From: an uncultured Verrucomicrobiae bacterium
GTDB taxonomy: Bacteria > Verrucomicrobiota > Verrucomicrobiia > Limisphaerales > Palsa-1400
Assembly (NCBI GenBank): GCA_963707025.1
Contig: CAVPOM010000005.1
Coordinates: 96,001 to 160,000, forward strand
Direction: 5' to 3'
DNA: 64,000 bases
Part shown: positions 33,783 to 44,289 of the stretch, in pieces
Numbering within the stretch: the first letter of the stretch is position 1
How the letters are laid out: every line of letters begins with the position of its first letter
Translations under genes and position numbers: made by a program
Notes under the pieces: model-generated
The model's database searches: none
What the model was told of the DNA's origin: nothing
What the model saw: only the letters and a program-made list of their open reading frames with translations

Positions 33783-34789
33783 TCTGCGATATTCATGTTC
33801 ACGTCGCCGGCATCGGTTCCCAAGGGAACGGGAACTTTCTCGCTTCAGCGTTCCGGCGCAGCCTTGCCTTTCGGCTGTTCGTCCGCCGGCTTGGATTGCC
33901 GCCGGGAGTGGCCGGCGCCCCGGATTTCGACCAGCAGATCGCGCGGTTGATCGTGGACAAGCTCGACGCGAGCAAAGTGGATCGCGCCGTGTTGCTGGCC
34001 TTCGATGCTGCCTATCACGATGACGGAACGCGTGATGAGGAACGCACCTTGATTGTGACCGATAACGACTTCGTCGCCGACCTGGCGGCCTGTCACCAAA
34101 AGGTTCTCTTTGGCGCAAGCGTTCACCCCTGCCGTCCCAACGCCATAGCGGAGCTTGAACGTCTCATCGGGCGCGGCGCCTGTCTGGTCAAATGGCTCCC
34201 TGGCGCACAGAACATCCAGCCCGATGATCCGAGATGCTTCCCCTTCTACGACATGCTGGCGCAGCACCGGGTTCCATTGCTCTGCCACACCGGCAGCGAA
34301 CACACCTTGAAAGCATTTCCGGATAAGCTGAACGATCCCCGCCGTTTGGCGCCCGCTCTGGAACGGGGCGTCACGGTGATTGCCGCGCATTGCGGGGCGC
34401 GACTTTTCCTTCACGAAAAATCGTATTTCCGGGCCTGGCAGGAAATGGCTTTGCGCCACGAACGGTTTTACGGTGATATCAGCGCCTTCGGGGTGATCAC
34501 CCGGATATGGCTGCTGCGTTCCCTGCTCCGTTCGCCGCGACTGGCGGCAAAACTGGTGTTTGGCTCCGACTTCCCGGTCGCGCCGATGCCCCTGAGTTGC
34601 GTGGGGCAAGTCAGTCTCAGACGCGCATTGGAATTGAGACGAATTCCGAATCCCTTTGATCAAGCGGTCGAAATGATGAAATCCGCCGGCGTGCCGGACG
34701 AGGTCTTCGCGCGGTCGGGAAAACTTCTGCACATACCGGAAAAAAAACTCGCGCAAGTCACAGTGGAATCCCGAAAGGTGGCGGCATGA
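33779..34789 (+). CDS. Amidohydrolase family 2 protein
   Basis: DIHVH, SVHP, CHTG.E, IAAHCG, FGSDFP motifs. Confidence 0.9.
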   Translation: MICDIHVHVAGIGSQGNGNFLASAFRRSLAFRLFVRRLGLPPGVAGAPDFDQQIARLIVDKLDASKVDRAVLLAFDAAYHDDGTRDEERTLIVTDNDFVADLAACHQKVLFGASVHPCRPNAIAELERLIGRGACLVKWLPGAQNIQPDDPRCFPFYDMLAQHRVPLLCHTGSEHTLKAFPDKLNDPRRLAPALERGVTVIAAHCGARLFLHEKSYFRAWQEMALRHERFYGDISAFGVITRIWLLRSLLRSPRLAAKLVFGSDFPVAPMPLSCVGQVSLRRALELRRIPNPFDQAVEMMKSAGVPDEVFARSGKLLHIPEKKLAQVTVESRKVAA

Positions 34790-35976
34790 AGAACTCTCCC
34801 CTGAAGTTGCCTTGGACGCCCGGGAACGTTCCGCATGCCATTCTGGACATTCTGAGAGGCTGCAACATCCGCTGCCGTGATTGCTACAATCTGCAACCGG
34901 ACCATGTCAAGCCGCTGGCGGAAATAGACGCGCAACTGGACGCGCTCACACGCCTCCGCAAGCTGCAGTCCATTTCCATCGTGGGCGGTGAACCAACTCT
35001 GCATCCAGACCTGGTCGAAATTGTCCGGCGGGTGCGGCGGCGCGGACTGTTTGTTGAGTTGTTCACCAATGGAGTTGACCTAAACGATCAACTTCTCACC
35101 GGGCTGAAGCGAGCCGGGACAAATGTCATTTTCCTCCACATCGAGCCAAACCAACGGCGGCCCGACCTGCCAGCGGAGGCGAGCACGGATGACCTGAGAC
35201 GCCTGCGCACGGAAAAGGCCGCCCTGATTGCCGCCCATGATATCGAGGTTGGACTGGCGGTTACCGCGTATCCGGACAAGCCCGCGGAGATCGAGGAAGC
35301 AGTCGGTTTCGCGCTGGACTCGCCCCACGTTTGCTACCTGCTGGTAACATGGTGGCGGGATGTCAGTCGGATGCCGCCGTTTCGCGGGGACCTTGAGAAT
35401 GGCATGTTCGCCCAATCCAGTTACGGCCGACAACTGATCCACTCGGAGGAAGCACGCAACCGGGAGAACAGCCGGTCATTGCAAGCGGAATTTGGGCTGA
35501 ACCCGTTCGCGTTCCTCGGCTCCAACCTTGATGCGAAGGACCCGCGCTGGCTGTCATTCATGGTGGGCGCGGTGCATCAGGAAGAGAAACTTTTATTTTA
35601 CCACAGTTTAAAGCCGACTTGGGTGGAAAGGGCGTTTCTTGGATTATCGCGCATGATGACGGGGCGATACCCGTTTTATCAACCTCAGCATGCCGGACGT
35701 TTTTCCGTGCATTTGCTGCTCAACGGCCTGGCCGGGGGCGGACTTGCCAGGCAATCTGAGGCTGCTGGCGCGCGCGCCGGCCCGGGCGCGCGCTTAACGG
35801 CCAAGCGGTTATTGTTCCAACGGCCCGCCGCATTTGACAAACAAGGCCGCGTGGTTCATTGCCAACCCTGTCCCGACGCGGTGGTGAAGGATGACCGCAT
35901 GGTGCCTTTGTGCATTTCCGACTGCGTGGCAAGCAACAGCCTCACGAACGAGCACGTCTTGGAGGAAGTTTCATGA
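34786..35976 (+). CDS. Radical SAM protein
   Basis: CNIRCRDC, GGEPTLHP, C-terminal CQPCPD...PLC. Confidence 0.9.
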   Translation: MKNSPLKLPWTPGNVPHAILDILRGCNIRCRDCYNLQPDHVKPLAEIDAQLDALTRLRKLQSISIVGGEPTLHPDLVEIVRRVRRRGLFVELFTNGVDLNDQLLTGLKRAGTNVIFLHIEPNQRRPDLPAEASTDDLRRLRTEKAALIAAHDIEVGLAVTAYPDKPAEIEEAVGFALDSPHVCYLLVTWWRDVSRMPPFRGDLENGMFAQSSYGRQLIHSEEARNRENSRSLQAEFGLNPFAFLGSNLDAKDPRWLSFMVGAVHQEEKLLFYHSLKPTWVERAFLGLSRMMTGRYPFYQPQHAGRFSVHLLLNGLAGGGLARQSEAAGARAGPGARLTAKRLLFQRPAAFDKQGRVVHCQPCPDAVVKDDRMVPLCISDCVASNSLTNEHVLEEVS

Positions 35977-37378
35977 TGCGCATTCTTCTCATCATGCCGG
36001 ACGCCCACATGCACAAGCTGCGGATCGGCGCGTTCGTGCGTTCAATGCGCGAGGCGCCGCTGACCCTCACCACGCTGGCTGCGCTGGTTCCTGCATTTTC
36101 CTGGGATTGAGATCAAGCTGGTGGACGGCAGCGTGGACCCGATTCCCTTGGACGAACCCGCCGATCTGGTGGGAATCAGCGTCATCACGGGTTGCGCTCG
36201 CCCAGCCTACGCGCTGGCCAAACATTTCCGTCAGCGCGGCATTCCTGTTGTGCTCGGTGGCGTTCATGTGACGATCCTGCCGGGCGAGGCGATTCAGCAC
36301 GCCGACAGCATCGTCATCGGACGTGCGGAACAGAGCCTGGCCCCGGCTCATCGAGGATTTTCGCCGCGGCAAACTGCAACGAGTTTACCGCGAACATGAG
36401 CTGCCCGACCATGTGCTGGCCGAGGTCCCCTCTCCGCGCAGGGATTTGCAGCGACGCAGCGGTTACATGCTGCCCAAACACAGTGCAGGCCACCCGGGGC
36501 TGCAAGCGCATCTGCGATTTCTGCACGGTCAACGCCGTCTGGCCGCGCTACCTGAAACGGCCGATTGCCGATGTGGTCCGCGACGTTCGCAGCATCCGGG
36601 GCAGTCATTTCGGCTTCAATGATGTCAGCCTCGTTGATGACGTGGAATACGCACGGGAACTGTTCACCGCCATCGTCCCGCTCCGCAAAACGCTGGGGCG
36701 GCCTGGTCACTGCCGACAGCCTCCAGAACACCGAACTGCTGGATCTCATGGCCCGAAGCGGCTGTGTTTACCTGCTGGTCGGTTTCGAGTCCGGAGACCA
36801 AACGACCCTCCAAGGCATCCGCAAGAGTTTCAACAAGACCCTGCACTACCACGATCTGATCCGCTCGCTTGCAACAGCGCGGCATCACCGTCCAGGGTTG
36901 CTTTGTCTTTGGGTTCGACCACGACGACGCCAGCGTATTTGAGTCCACCGTCCAACTGGTGCAGGACCTGGGCGTGGATATTCCGCGCTACTCGCTCTAC
37001 ACCCCTTACCCCGGCACTCAGTTGTTTGCGCGGATGCAGGCGGAGAATCGGATCCTCAGCTACAACTGGGACGATTACGACACCATGCATGTCGTCATCA
37101 AGCCCGCGCAGATGACGCCCGAGGAGCTGTATCGCGGATTCAAATGGGCCTACAAAGAAACTTTCCGGCTGGATCGCGTGGTCAGGCGCGTCAGCCGGCT
37201 GGACATCCGGTGCGCCATCAATTTCGTGGGCAATCTGTGCTACCGGATTTTCGTGAAGCGGCTTTACTCGGAGCCGCGTTTTGCCACGCCCTATTCAGTG
37301 CATGATCCCGGAAGCCCGCCTGAGCCAAGCCATTGGATTGTGCCAGAGGAAGAGGAGGAGGCATTGTGCGTCGGCTGA
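35973..37378 (+). CDS. B12-binding (class B) radical SAM protein 1 (multiple frameshifts)
   Basis: ADLVGISVIT, VVLGGVHVT, TRGCKRICDFC, VGFES, FVFGFDHD, TPYPGT spread over about 6 frames. Confidence 0.8.
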
Positions 37379-38695
37379 CGCTCATCTATCCAGCGATTGG
37401 CCGCAAACCGGGCAAGCCCTTCGTCCGCTCCTGGCAGTTGCAGCCACTGGCCATCGCCCGGTTGGCGGCGATGACGCCGCCGAACTGGCAGATCAGCTTT
37501 CTCGACGACCGGCTGGAGCCGATTGATTATGGTGTCGCCGACGGACCTGGTGGCGTTGTCCATCGAGACCTATTCCTCCAAGCGTGGTTACCATATCGCC
37601 GCCCGGTTTCGGGAGCGCGGCATTCCAGTGGTGCTCGGCGGATACCACGCGACGCTATGCCCGGAGGAAACCAAGGAGCACGCCGACGCGGTATGCATCG
37701 GCGAAGCGGAATCAGTCTGGCAGGAAATTCTGCAAGATGCGGGGCAACGGACATCTCAGACCATTCTACAAAGGCGACCGCGCCCGGCCCTTGCGGGGAC
37801 TCCAGCCGGATCGTCGCATTTTTCAGGGAAAGAACTACCTGCCCGTGGCGCTGGTGGAAACCAGCCGGGGGTGTCCGTTTCAATGCAATTTCTGCTCCAT
37901 TGGCGCCGTCTTCCAAGGCACTTACCGGCGCCGACCCGTGCAGGAAATCGTGGAGGAATTGCGCCAGGTTCACGACAAATATGTCTTTTTCGTGGATGAC
38001 AATATCGTGGGCGACCCGGCCGGCGCCCGCGAACTCTTCGAAGCCATCACGCCCCTTGGAATCCAATGGATGAGCCAGGGCAGCCTGCACGCCTTGAAGG
38101 ACGAATCGCTGATCCGGCAAATGGCACGCAGCGGATGCATGGGGTTGCTGATCGGTTTCGAGTCCCTCAATCCGCAGAATCTCGCGGCGATGGGCAAACG
38201 CATCAATAAAGTGGACGATTACCGGGCTGCGTTGGATCGCCTGCGGCGGGCGGGTGTTTTTGCTTATGGGACATTCATATTCGGCTATCCCCATGATACG
38301 CCGGAAAGTTTTGATGAGAGTGTTCGGTTCGCCAAAAAGGAAAATCTGTTCCTCGCCGCCTTCAATCATCTGGTTCCATTTCCCGGCACGCCGCTTTACC
38401 ATGATCTCGAAGTGGCGGGGCGTCTAAAATACCGGCAATGGTGGCTCAACGAGGAATATCGTTTCGGCCAGGTGCCGTTCCGTCCGACGACCATGCGCGC
38501 CGCGGAAGTGGAGCAAAACTGCCATCGGGCTAGAAGCTCATTTTACACCTGGGGATCCATCGTTCGCCGCAGCCTTGGAATTTCGATGCAACAGCCCGAC
38601 TCCAGGCCGCGCGTGGGCCTATCTGGATGCTCAATTGGATGTTGCGCCGGGAGTTGTCCCAAAAGGCTGGCATCCCACTTGGAGGCGCTCCATGA
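37366..38695 (+). CDS. B12-binding (class B) radical SAM protein 2 (frameshifted)
   Basis: VVLGGYHAT, GEAE, SRGCPFQCNFC, FVDDN, IGFES, VPFPGT. Confidence 0.8.
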
Positions 38696-39858
38696 GTACC
38701 GGCGGTATTTCCACTTTTTCCGCCCTCATGCGCGCGCCTGTTCGCTCTAGCGGCTTCCGCTTCGATTTGGCGACCCCGGCGGACAATGCGGAACTTCTGC
38801 GCTTCAGTCGCAACGCCGAAATGCCTGGCGCGATCCACTTTTCGTTTGATCGAAGCCCTGATTATCTGGAGGCACTTTGCGTGGAAGGCCGGCAATCGGA
38901 AGTGCTCGTCTGCCGCGAAGCGCAAAACGGGCGCGTGGTGGCCGTCGGCCATCGTTCAGTCAAGTCAGTCATTCGTCAACGGCCAGCCCGCCTCCGTGGG
39001 TTATTTGAGCGGTCTGCGCTTGGACCAGTCGGTCAGGAACCGCCAGATTCTCGCGCACGGCTATGCATTCCTGCGCAAACTTCATGCGGCGTGGCCGGCG
39101 CAAATGTGTCTACCACCATCATGGAAGACAACCTTCCGGCCAAGGCCGTGCTTCTTTCGGGGCGTGGCGGCCTGCCCGGCTACCACGATTTTGGCCGATA
39201 TTGCTGCATGGCCCTCAGCCTTCAATCCAGGAGCGCCGGCAGTGGCCGTTCTGGAATTCGCGTGCGGCGCGCCAGCGCTGCCGACGGCCCGGCAATAATT
39301 GGATTTCTCAACCGTGAAGGCAGGTCCCGTCAGTTCTTCCCAAAATATCAGGTGGAGGACTTCGGTGCGCCAAAAGGGCTGCTGTCACATCTGCAATGGG
39401 AAGATGTCTTCCTGGCCTTCCGGGGCGACGACTTGATCGGTGTGGTTGCCGCGTGGGACCAACGGGCGTTTCGGCAATGGCGGGTGACGGGTTACGACTC
39501 ATGGCTGGGACTTTTGCGGATTCCGTTCAATCTGGTGGCGATGGTTAGGAAAATGCCGCTTTTGCCGAAACCGGCTTTGCCGCTGGATTATTTCATCCTG
39601 TCCTTGGCTTGTGTCCAGGGCAACGACCGCTCCGTGTTCAAGGTCTTGCTGGAGAAAGTCGTCCGCGAGAAGCGGAGGCATTATACCTTCTTCTTGGCGG
39701 GGCTGCACGAGCGGGATCCATTGCTGGCTGAACTACTGGCCCGACCGAACTTTCCATTGCCCAGCCGGCTGTTCGTGGTCGCTTGGGAAGACGAAGCGGG
39801 GGAGGTCCAAAAACTGGACCGGGAATTGGTTCCTTACTTGGAGCTGGGATCACTTTGA
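38692..39858 (+). CDS. Tandem GNAT-like protein (frameshifted)
   Basis: F.R.PDY, VGYLSGLRL, TTIMEDN, ends YLELGSL; coupled start. Confidence 0.6.
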   Translation: MSTGGISTFSALMRAPVRSSGFRFDLATPADNAELLRFSRNAEMPGAIHFSFDRSPDYLEALCVEGRQSEVLVCREAQNGRVVAVGHRSVKSVIRQRPARLRGLFERSALGPVGQEPPDSRARLCIPAQTSCGVAGANVSTTIMEDNLPAKAVLLSGRGGLPGYHDFGRYCCMALSLQSRSAGSGRSGIRVRRASAADGPAIIGFLNREGRSRQFFPKYQVEDFGAPKGLLSHLQWEDVFLAFRGDDLIGVVAAWDQRAFRQWRVTGYDSWLGLLRIPFNLVAMVRKMPLLPKPALPLDYFILSLACVQGNDRSVFKVLLEKVVREKRRHYTFFLAGLHERDPLLAELLARPNFPLPSRLFVVAWEDEAGEVQKLDRELVPYLELGSL

Positions 39859-40557
39859 TGAAACTGGAATCACAGACCCTATCGGTGAGTGAGTTGCACC
39901 CGGAATGCTTCGTGCAAATGCAGCAGTTGATGCGCGCGCATTACAACGGCGTCTCCGAGAGCCAGTTCCTCGCTGACCTTCTTGCCAAACAATGGGTGAT
40001 CCTCCTGCGCGACAGCGGCCATCTGTGCGGTTTTTCGACGCAGGTGCTGTTCGACTACCCGTTGGCCGGCCGGGACGTGAAAATCCTGTTCTCGGGAGAC
40101 ACCATTATTGAAAAAGACCACTGGGGATCGCTGGCTCTGCCGGTGGCCTGGGGGCGGCTGATGCTCTCGCTCTGCGCCGCTCATCCGGCCTCGGAACTCT
40201 ACTGGCTGCTCACCAGCAAAGGATACAAAACCTACCGCTTCCTCCCGGTCTTCTTTCACCAGTTTTATCCCTGCTGCACAAGTGAAACGCCGGCCTTTGA
40301 AAAAGCCTTGTTGGAGGGCGTGGCGAGCCAACGATTCGGCCAACGATTTGATCCGGCCACCGGCATCTTGCGGGCGGAAGCGGGTGCCCAGCGCCTACGG
40401 GATGGGATTGCCGGAATTGACGCCAGCCGCTTGCGCGATCCTCATGTGGCGTTCTTCCAGCAATAGGAACCCGGGCCATGCGCGCGGCGATGAACTGGTT
40501 TGTCTGGCGCGTTTCCACGGCGATAATCTGAAACCTTATATTCGCCGCCAACTTTGA
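39858..40557 (+). CDS. GNAT-like hypothetical protein (frameshifted)
   Basis: GFSTQ, FSGDTII..DHWG, YWLLTSKGYKTYRFLP, NPGH..GDELVCLA. Confidence 0.65.
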
Positions 40558-40558
40558 T

Positions 40559-42179
40559 ATGTCGATTCGCTCCCTCACCTGCCACATGATCAATACCGCT
40601 TGGATCGCGGCGTGTTCCCGTGAACACGCGCGATTCACAGCTGCCGTCGGTCGCGTGGCGGAAGCGCAAACGAGCTGTCTGTTTGACCTGCTTAACCGAA
40701 ATATCGCAACACGTTTTGGGAAAAAAAACGGCTTCGCTCGAATCCGTTCGGTTGCAGAATACCAGGCCCAGGTGCCCATCACCGGATATGACGCGCTTGC
40801 AGAATCCATTGAAGCGATCGCGGGCGGTGAAGCCAGCGTGCTGACCGCCGACCGGGTCAAACTCTTCCAGCCGACCAGCGGCTCATCGTCACCAACCAAG
40901 CTGATCCCTTGGACGGTGACGCTGGGCCGGGAATTCCGCCGGGGCATCTCCACATGGTTGGCCGCGTTGTACCGCCGGAAGCCCGCACTGATGGGAGGAA
41001 CGGCCTACTGGTCCATATCACCACCGGCAACGGCTGCTCAGACACGAGGCCGATTGCGGGTGGGCTTTGACCACGATGCTGAATACCTGGGTTTCTTCGG
41101 AAAAAATTTGTTTTCGCTCGTCAGCGCTGCGCCGCCCGAACTGGCGCATTGCAGAAGCATGCAGGAATTTAAAACGAAAACGCTGGTTGCGTTGCTGGCC
41201 GATGAAAACCTGCGGCTTAATTTCGATTTGGAGCCCGACATTTTTGACGACCCTTCTTGAAGGTTTTACGACACAGCCTGAAGGAATTCTGGAACGTCTA
41301 AGCCGGATTGGGCGCAGTGGGGCGCACCGGCGCGCGAAATTCCTTCGACACATTTTGCGTGAAAGCGGCCGACAAACCTCCTTTGAAAAGGTGTGGCCAA
41401 AGCTACAGGTTATCAGTTGTTGGACTCACGGCCCTAGCGAATTATATGCCGAAAATCTTCGGAGCCAGTTTCCCAATGTCGAGATTCAGGGCAAGGGATT
41501 GGTCGCCACGGAAGCCTTCGTCTCGCTGCCGTTTCACGAGGACAAGGATCCGGTGTTGGCTGTCACTTCCCACTTCTTTGAATTTCAGGATGCGGCTGGC
41601 GAAAAATTTTCTTTGGCGCACGAACTCATTGCCGGAAAAACCTACCGCGTCATCGTCACCACCGGCGGCGGTTTATATCGCTATCCGCTGGGCGACTTGG
41701 TTCGGGTCACGGGTTTTATTCAAGACGCGCCATGCCTGCGTTTTATTGGACGTGAAGCCAATGTTTCCGATCTGTTTGGTGAAAAACTGCAAGGGACATT
41801 CGTCGAAGGCGTCATTCGCCGCGCGCTCGCGCAACAAAACATCAACCCCCGTTTTTTCCTTCTCGCTCCGGTTGCAGGGGCCATGCCGAAGCCGGCCTAC
41901 ACACTGTTTCTGGAGGCCAATGCAGTCCTGGACGCCGTCGTTCTCCAAAGAAATCTGGAGGAGGGATTGGCGGAGAATTTCCACTACAAGCACTGCCGCC
42001 GTTTGGGACAACTTTCCGGGGCCAGAATCTTTCAGATCAACCGGGGATCGCCGTCCTCCGAGACAGTCTTCCAGCGCGAAATGTTGTCCCGCGGCATCAA
42101 GCTCGGAGACATCAAGATGGGCGCTCTCGATTGCCAGTCAGGTTGGGAACAACGCTTCAGTGGACAATTTGTTTCTTAA
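40559..42179 (+). CDS. GH3 (auxin-responsive promoter family) acyl-adenylate amido ligase (frameshifted)
   Basis: PTSGSS..TKLIP, GLVATEAFVS, TTGGGLYRY.LGD, GEKL; indel near 41220. Confidence 0.85.
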
Positions 42180-42622
42180 CCCATCATAGGCGCTGATGCG
42201 GCGGAGCTTCAACGGGGCCGCGCCCGCGCGGGCGCGGAATGCTCTCTTGCAGCCTTTGACACCGTGCTATTGACGCCGCGCTTCAACGGGGCCGCGCCCG
42301 CGCGGGCGCGGAATGCCTTCGCATTGGGAAAATCCCAGTTCAGTATGTTATTGCTTCAACGGGGCCGCGCCCGCGCGGGCGCGGAATGGCCCTCTGCGGC
42401 GTCCAGCCGCAGAGGGCCTTGTTTTGCTTCAACGGGGCCGCGCCCGCGCGGGCGCGGAATGCCAAGTCGCCCCGTTGTTCGCAATCTCGACAAGCTCTTG
42501 CTTCAACGGGGCCGCGCCCGCGCGGGCGCGGAATGGTGGATCGTCAACCCAGCCGCGCTTATGGGCGCTTCGCTTCAACGGGGCCGCGCCCGCGCGGGCG
42601 CGGAATGACCGTTATTCCCTAG

Positions 42623-44289
42623 CAGCCTGTCGGACTTAGGCGGGAGAATAAATTGACGGAGTTTGAATTGACTGGCGGTTTGAGCAGTCAATGCAAGGCA
42701 TGCCTGCGCGATTCGTCACCATTGATTACGATACGCCCCTGCTTTTGCCTCCGAACCTGCGCGACTGGGTGCCGGTGGGTCACTTGGCCCACTTCATCCT
42801 GGACGTAGTCGAGGAGTTGGATTTGCGTCAGGTTCGGGTCAACGAGCGGGGCACTGGGAGTGAGCAGTATCCGCCGCCGATGCTGTTGGCGCTGTTGCTC
42901 TACTGCTATGCCACCGGGGTATTTAGCTCGCGGCGTATTGAGCAAGCCACTTTGGACAGCGTGCCGGTGCGGATGATCTGCGGGGATACGCATCCGGACC
43001 ACGACACGATTTGCACGTTTCGGCGGGAGAACAAGGCCTTGGTGCAGGAGAGCTTCGTGCGCGTGTTGGAACTGGCCCAAGCGTTGAAGTTTCTGCAGGT
43101 GGGCCAGATCACCGTGGCGGTGGATGGGACCAAGGTGCTGGCCAACGCCAGCAAGCACGCGGCGGTCAGTTATGAGCATGCGGGCAAGACGATCCAGCAG
43201 TTGGAATTAGAGGTCAAAGAACTGCTGGCCAAAGCGGAGCAGGCCGACAGCACGCCGCTGGAAGAGGGGTTGACGATTCCGCAAGAAGTGCAACGGCGGC
43301 AAGAGCGCAAGGCCAAGCTGGCGGCGGCGCGGGCCGAGATTGAAGCGCGGGTCAAAGCCCGAGCAGCGGCGGAGATGGCCGAATACCAGGCCAAATTGGC
43401 CGAAAGGGAGGCCCAAAAAGACCGGGGAGAGAAGCCGCGCGGCCCTGAACCCAAGGCCCCCAGCTCAGAGCCCAAGCCTTCCGAGCAGTATAACTTTACC
43501 GACCCGCAGAGCCGGATCATGAAGGCGGGCAACGGCCAGCATTTTGAACAGAGTTACAATGCGCAGGCGGCCGTGGAGGTGGATAGCCGGTTGATTGTGG
43601 GCCAGCGGGTCAGCCAAGCGCCCAACGATAAACAGGAGTTGGTTCCCACCCTGAAGACCATTGCCTCACCGGTGGAGTCGGTGGCCGCGGTATTGACCGA
43701 CAGCGGATTTTACAGCGAAGCGGCGGTCCAGGCCGTGGAACGAACAGGCGAAGCTCAGCCTACTGGCACGATTGTCTATGCGGCAGTCGAGAAAAAGGAG
43801 CACCATCGCACCGTGGGCGATCTGGAGCGAAAGCCGGAGTCCGACGCACCGGGGCCGCAGGCCAGCACCAGCGAGGTGATGAAACACCGGCTGCGCACGG
43901 CGCAGGGTCGAGCCAGATACAAATTGCGGCAGCAGACGGTGGAACCGGTGTTTGGGATCATCAAGAGCGTCTTGGGCTTTCGACAGTTCCTGTTGCGAGG
44001 TCTGCAGAAAGTGGAGTTGGAATGGCAGTTGGTCTGCCTGGCCTATAACCTCAAACGGCTACATCGGATGGGCGCAAAGCTTCCCGGCGGCGGGATAAAA
44101 GTCGAACGCAGACCCCACCGGCTCGGCCAAGCACTCCGCCGAGAAGCTCCAGGGAAATCTTCAGAGGGTGAAAAAGCCGGCGAAATTGAGACAAAAGAAA
44201 TTGTTGCTTCTTTTTGAACACAATCCCGCTGCCGCCCGTCTCATTTGGATTCCTCAACAGCCAAAGTCAAATTCCAGTCCGACAGGCTG
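42623..44289 (+). mobile_element. IS1182-family insertion sequence
   Basis: 14-bp TIRs CAGCCTGTCGGACT / AGTCCGACAGGCTG flanked by duplicated CTAG (42619-22, 44290-93). Confidence 0.9.
42691..44217 (+). CDS. IS1182-family DDE transposase
   Basis: YPP.MLL.LLLY.Y..G..SSRRIE, PDHDTI..FRR, AVDGTK, TDP.SR.M, DSGF, R...VEPVFG.IK. Confidence 0.92.
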   Translation: MQGMPARFVTIDYDTPLLLPPNLRDWVPVGHLAHFILDVVEELDLRQVRVNERGTGSEQYPPPMLLALLLYCYATGVFSSRRIEQATLDSVPVRMICGDTHPDHDTICTFRRENKALVQESFVRVLELAQALKFLQVGQITVAVDGTKVLANASKHAAVSYEHAGKTIQQLELEVKELLAKAEQADSTPLEEGLTIPQEVQRRQERKAKLAAARAEIEARVKARAAAEMAEYQAKLAEREAQKDRGEKPRGPEPKAPSSEPKPSEQYNFTDPQSRIMKAGNGQHFEQSYNAQAAVEVDSRLIVGQRVSQAPNDKQELVPTLKTIASPVESVAAVLTDSGFYSEAAVQAVERTGEAQPTGTIVYAAVEKKEHHRTVGDLERKPESDAPGPQASTSEVMKHRLRTAQGRARYKLRQQTVEPVFGIIKSVLGFRQFLLRGLQKVELEWQLVCLAYNLKRLHRMGAKLPGGGIKVERRPHRLGQALRREAPGKSSEGEKAGEIETKEIVASF

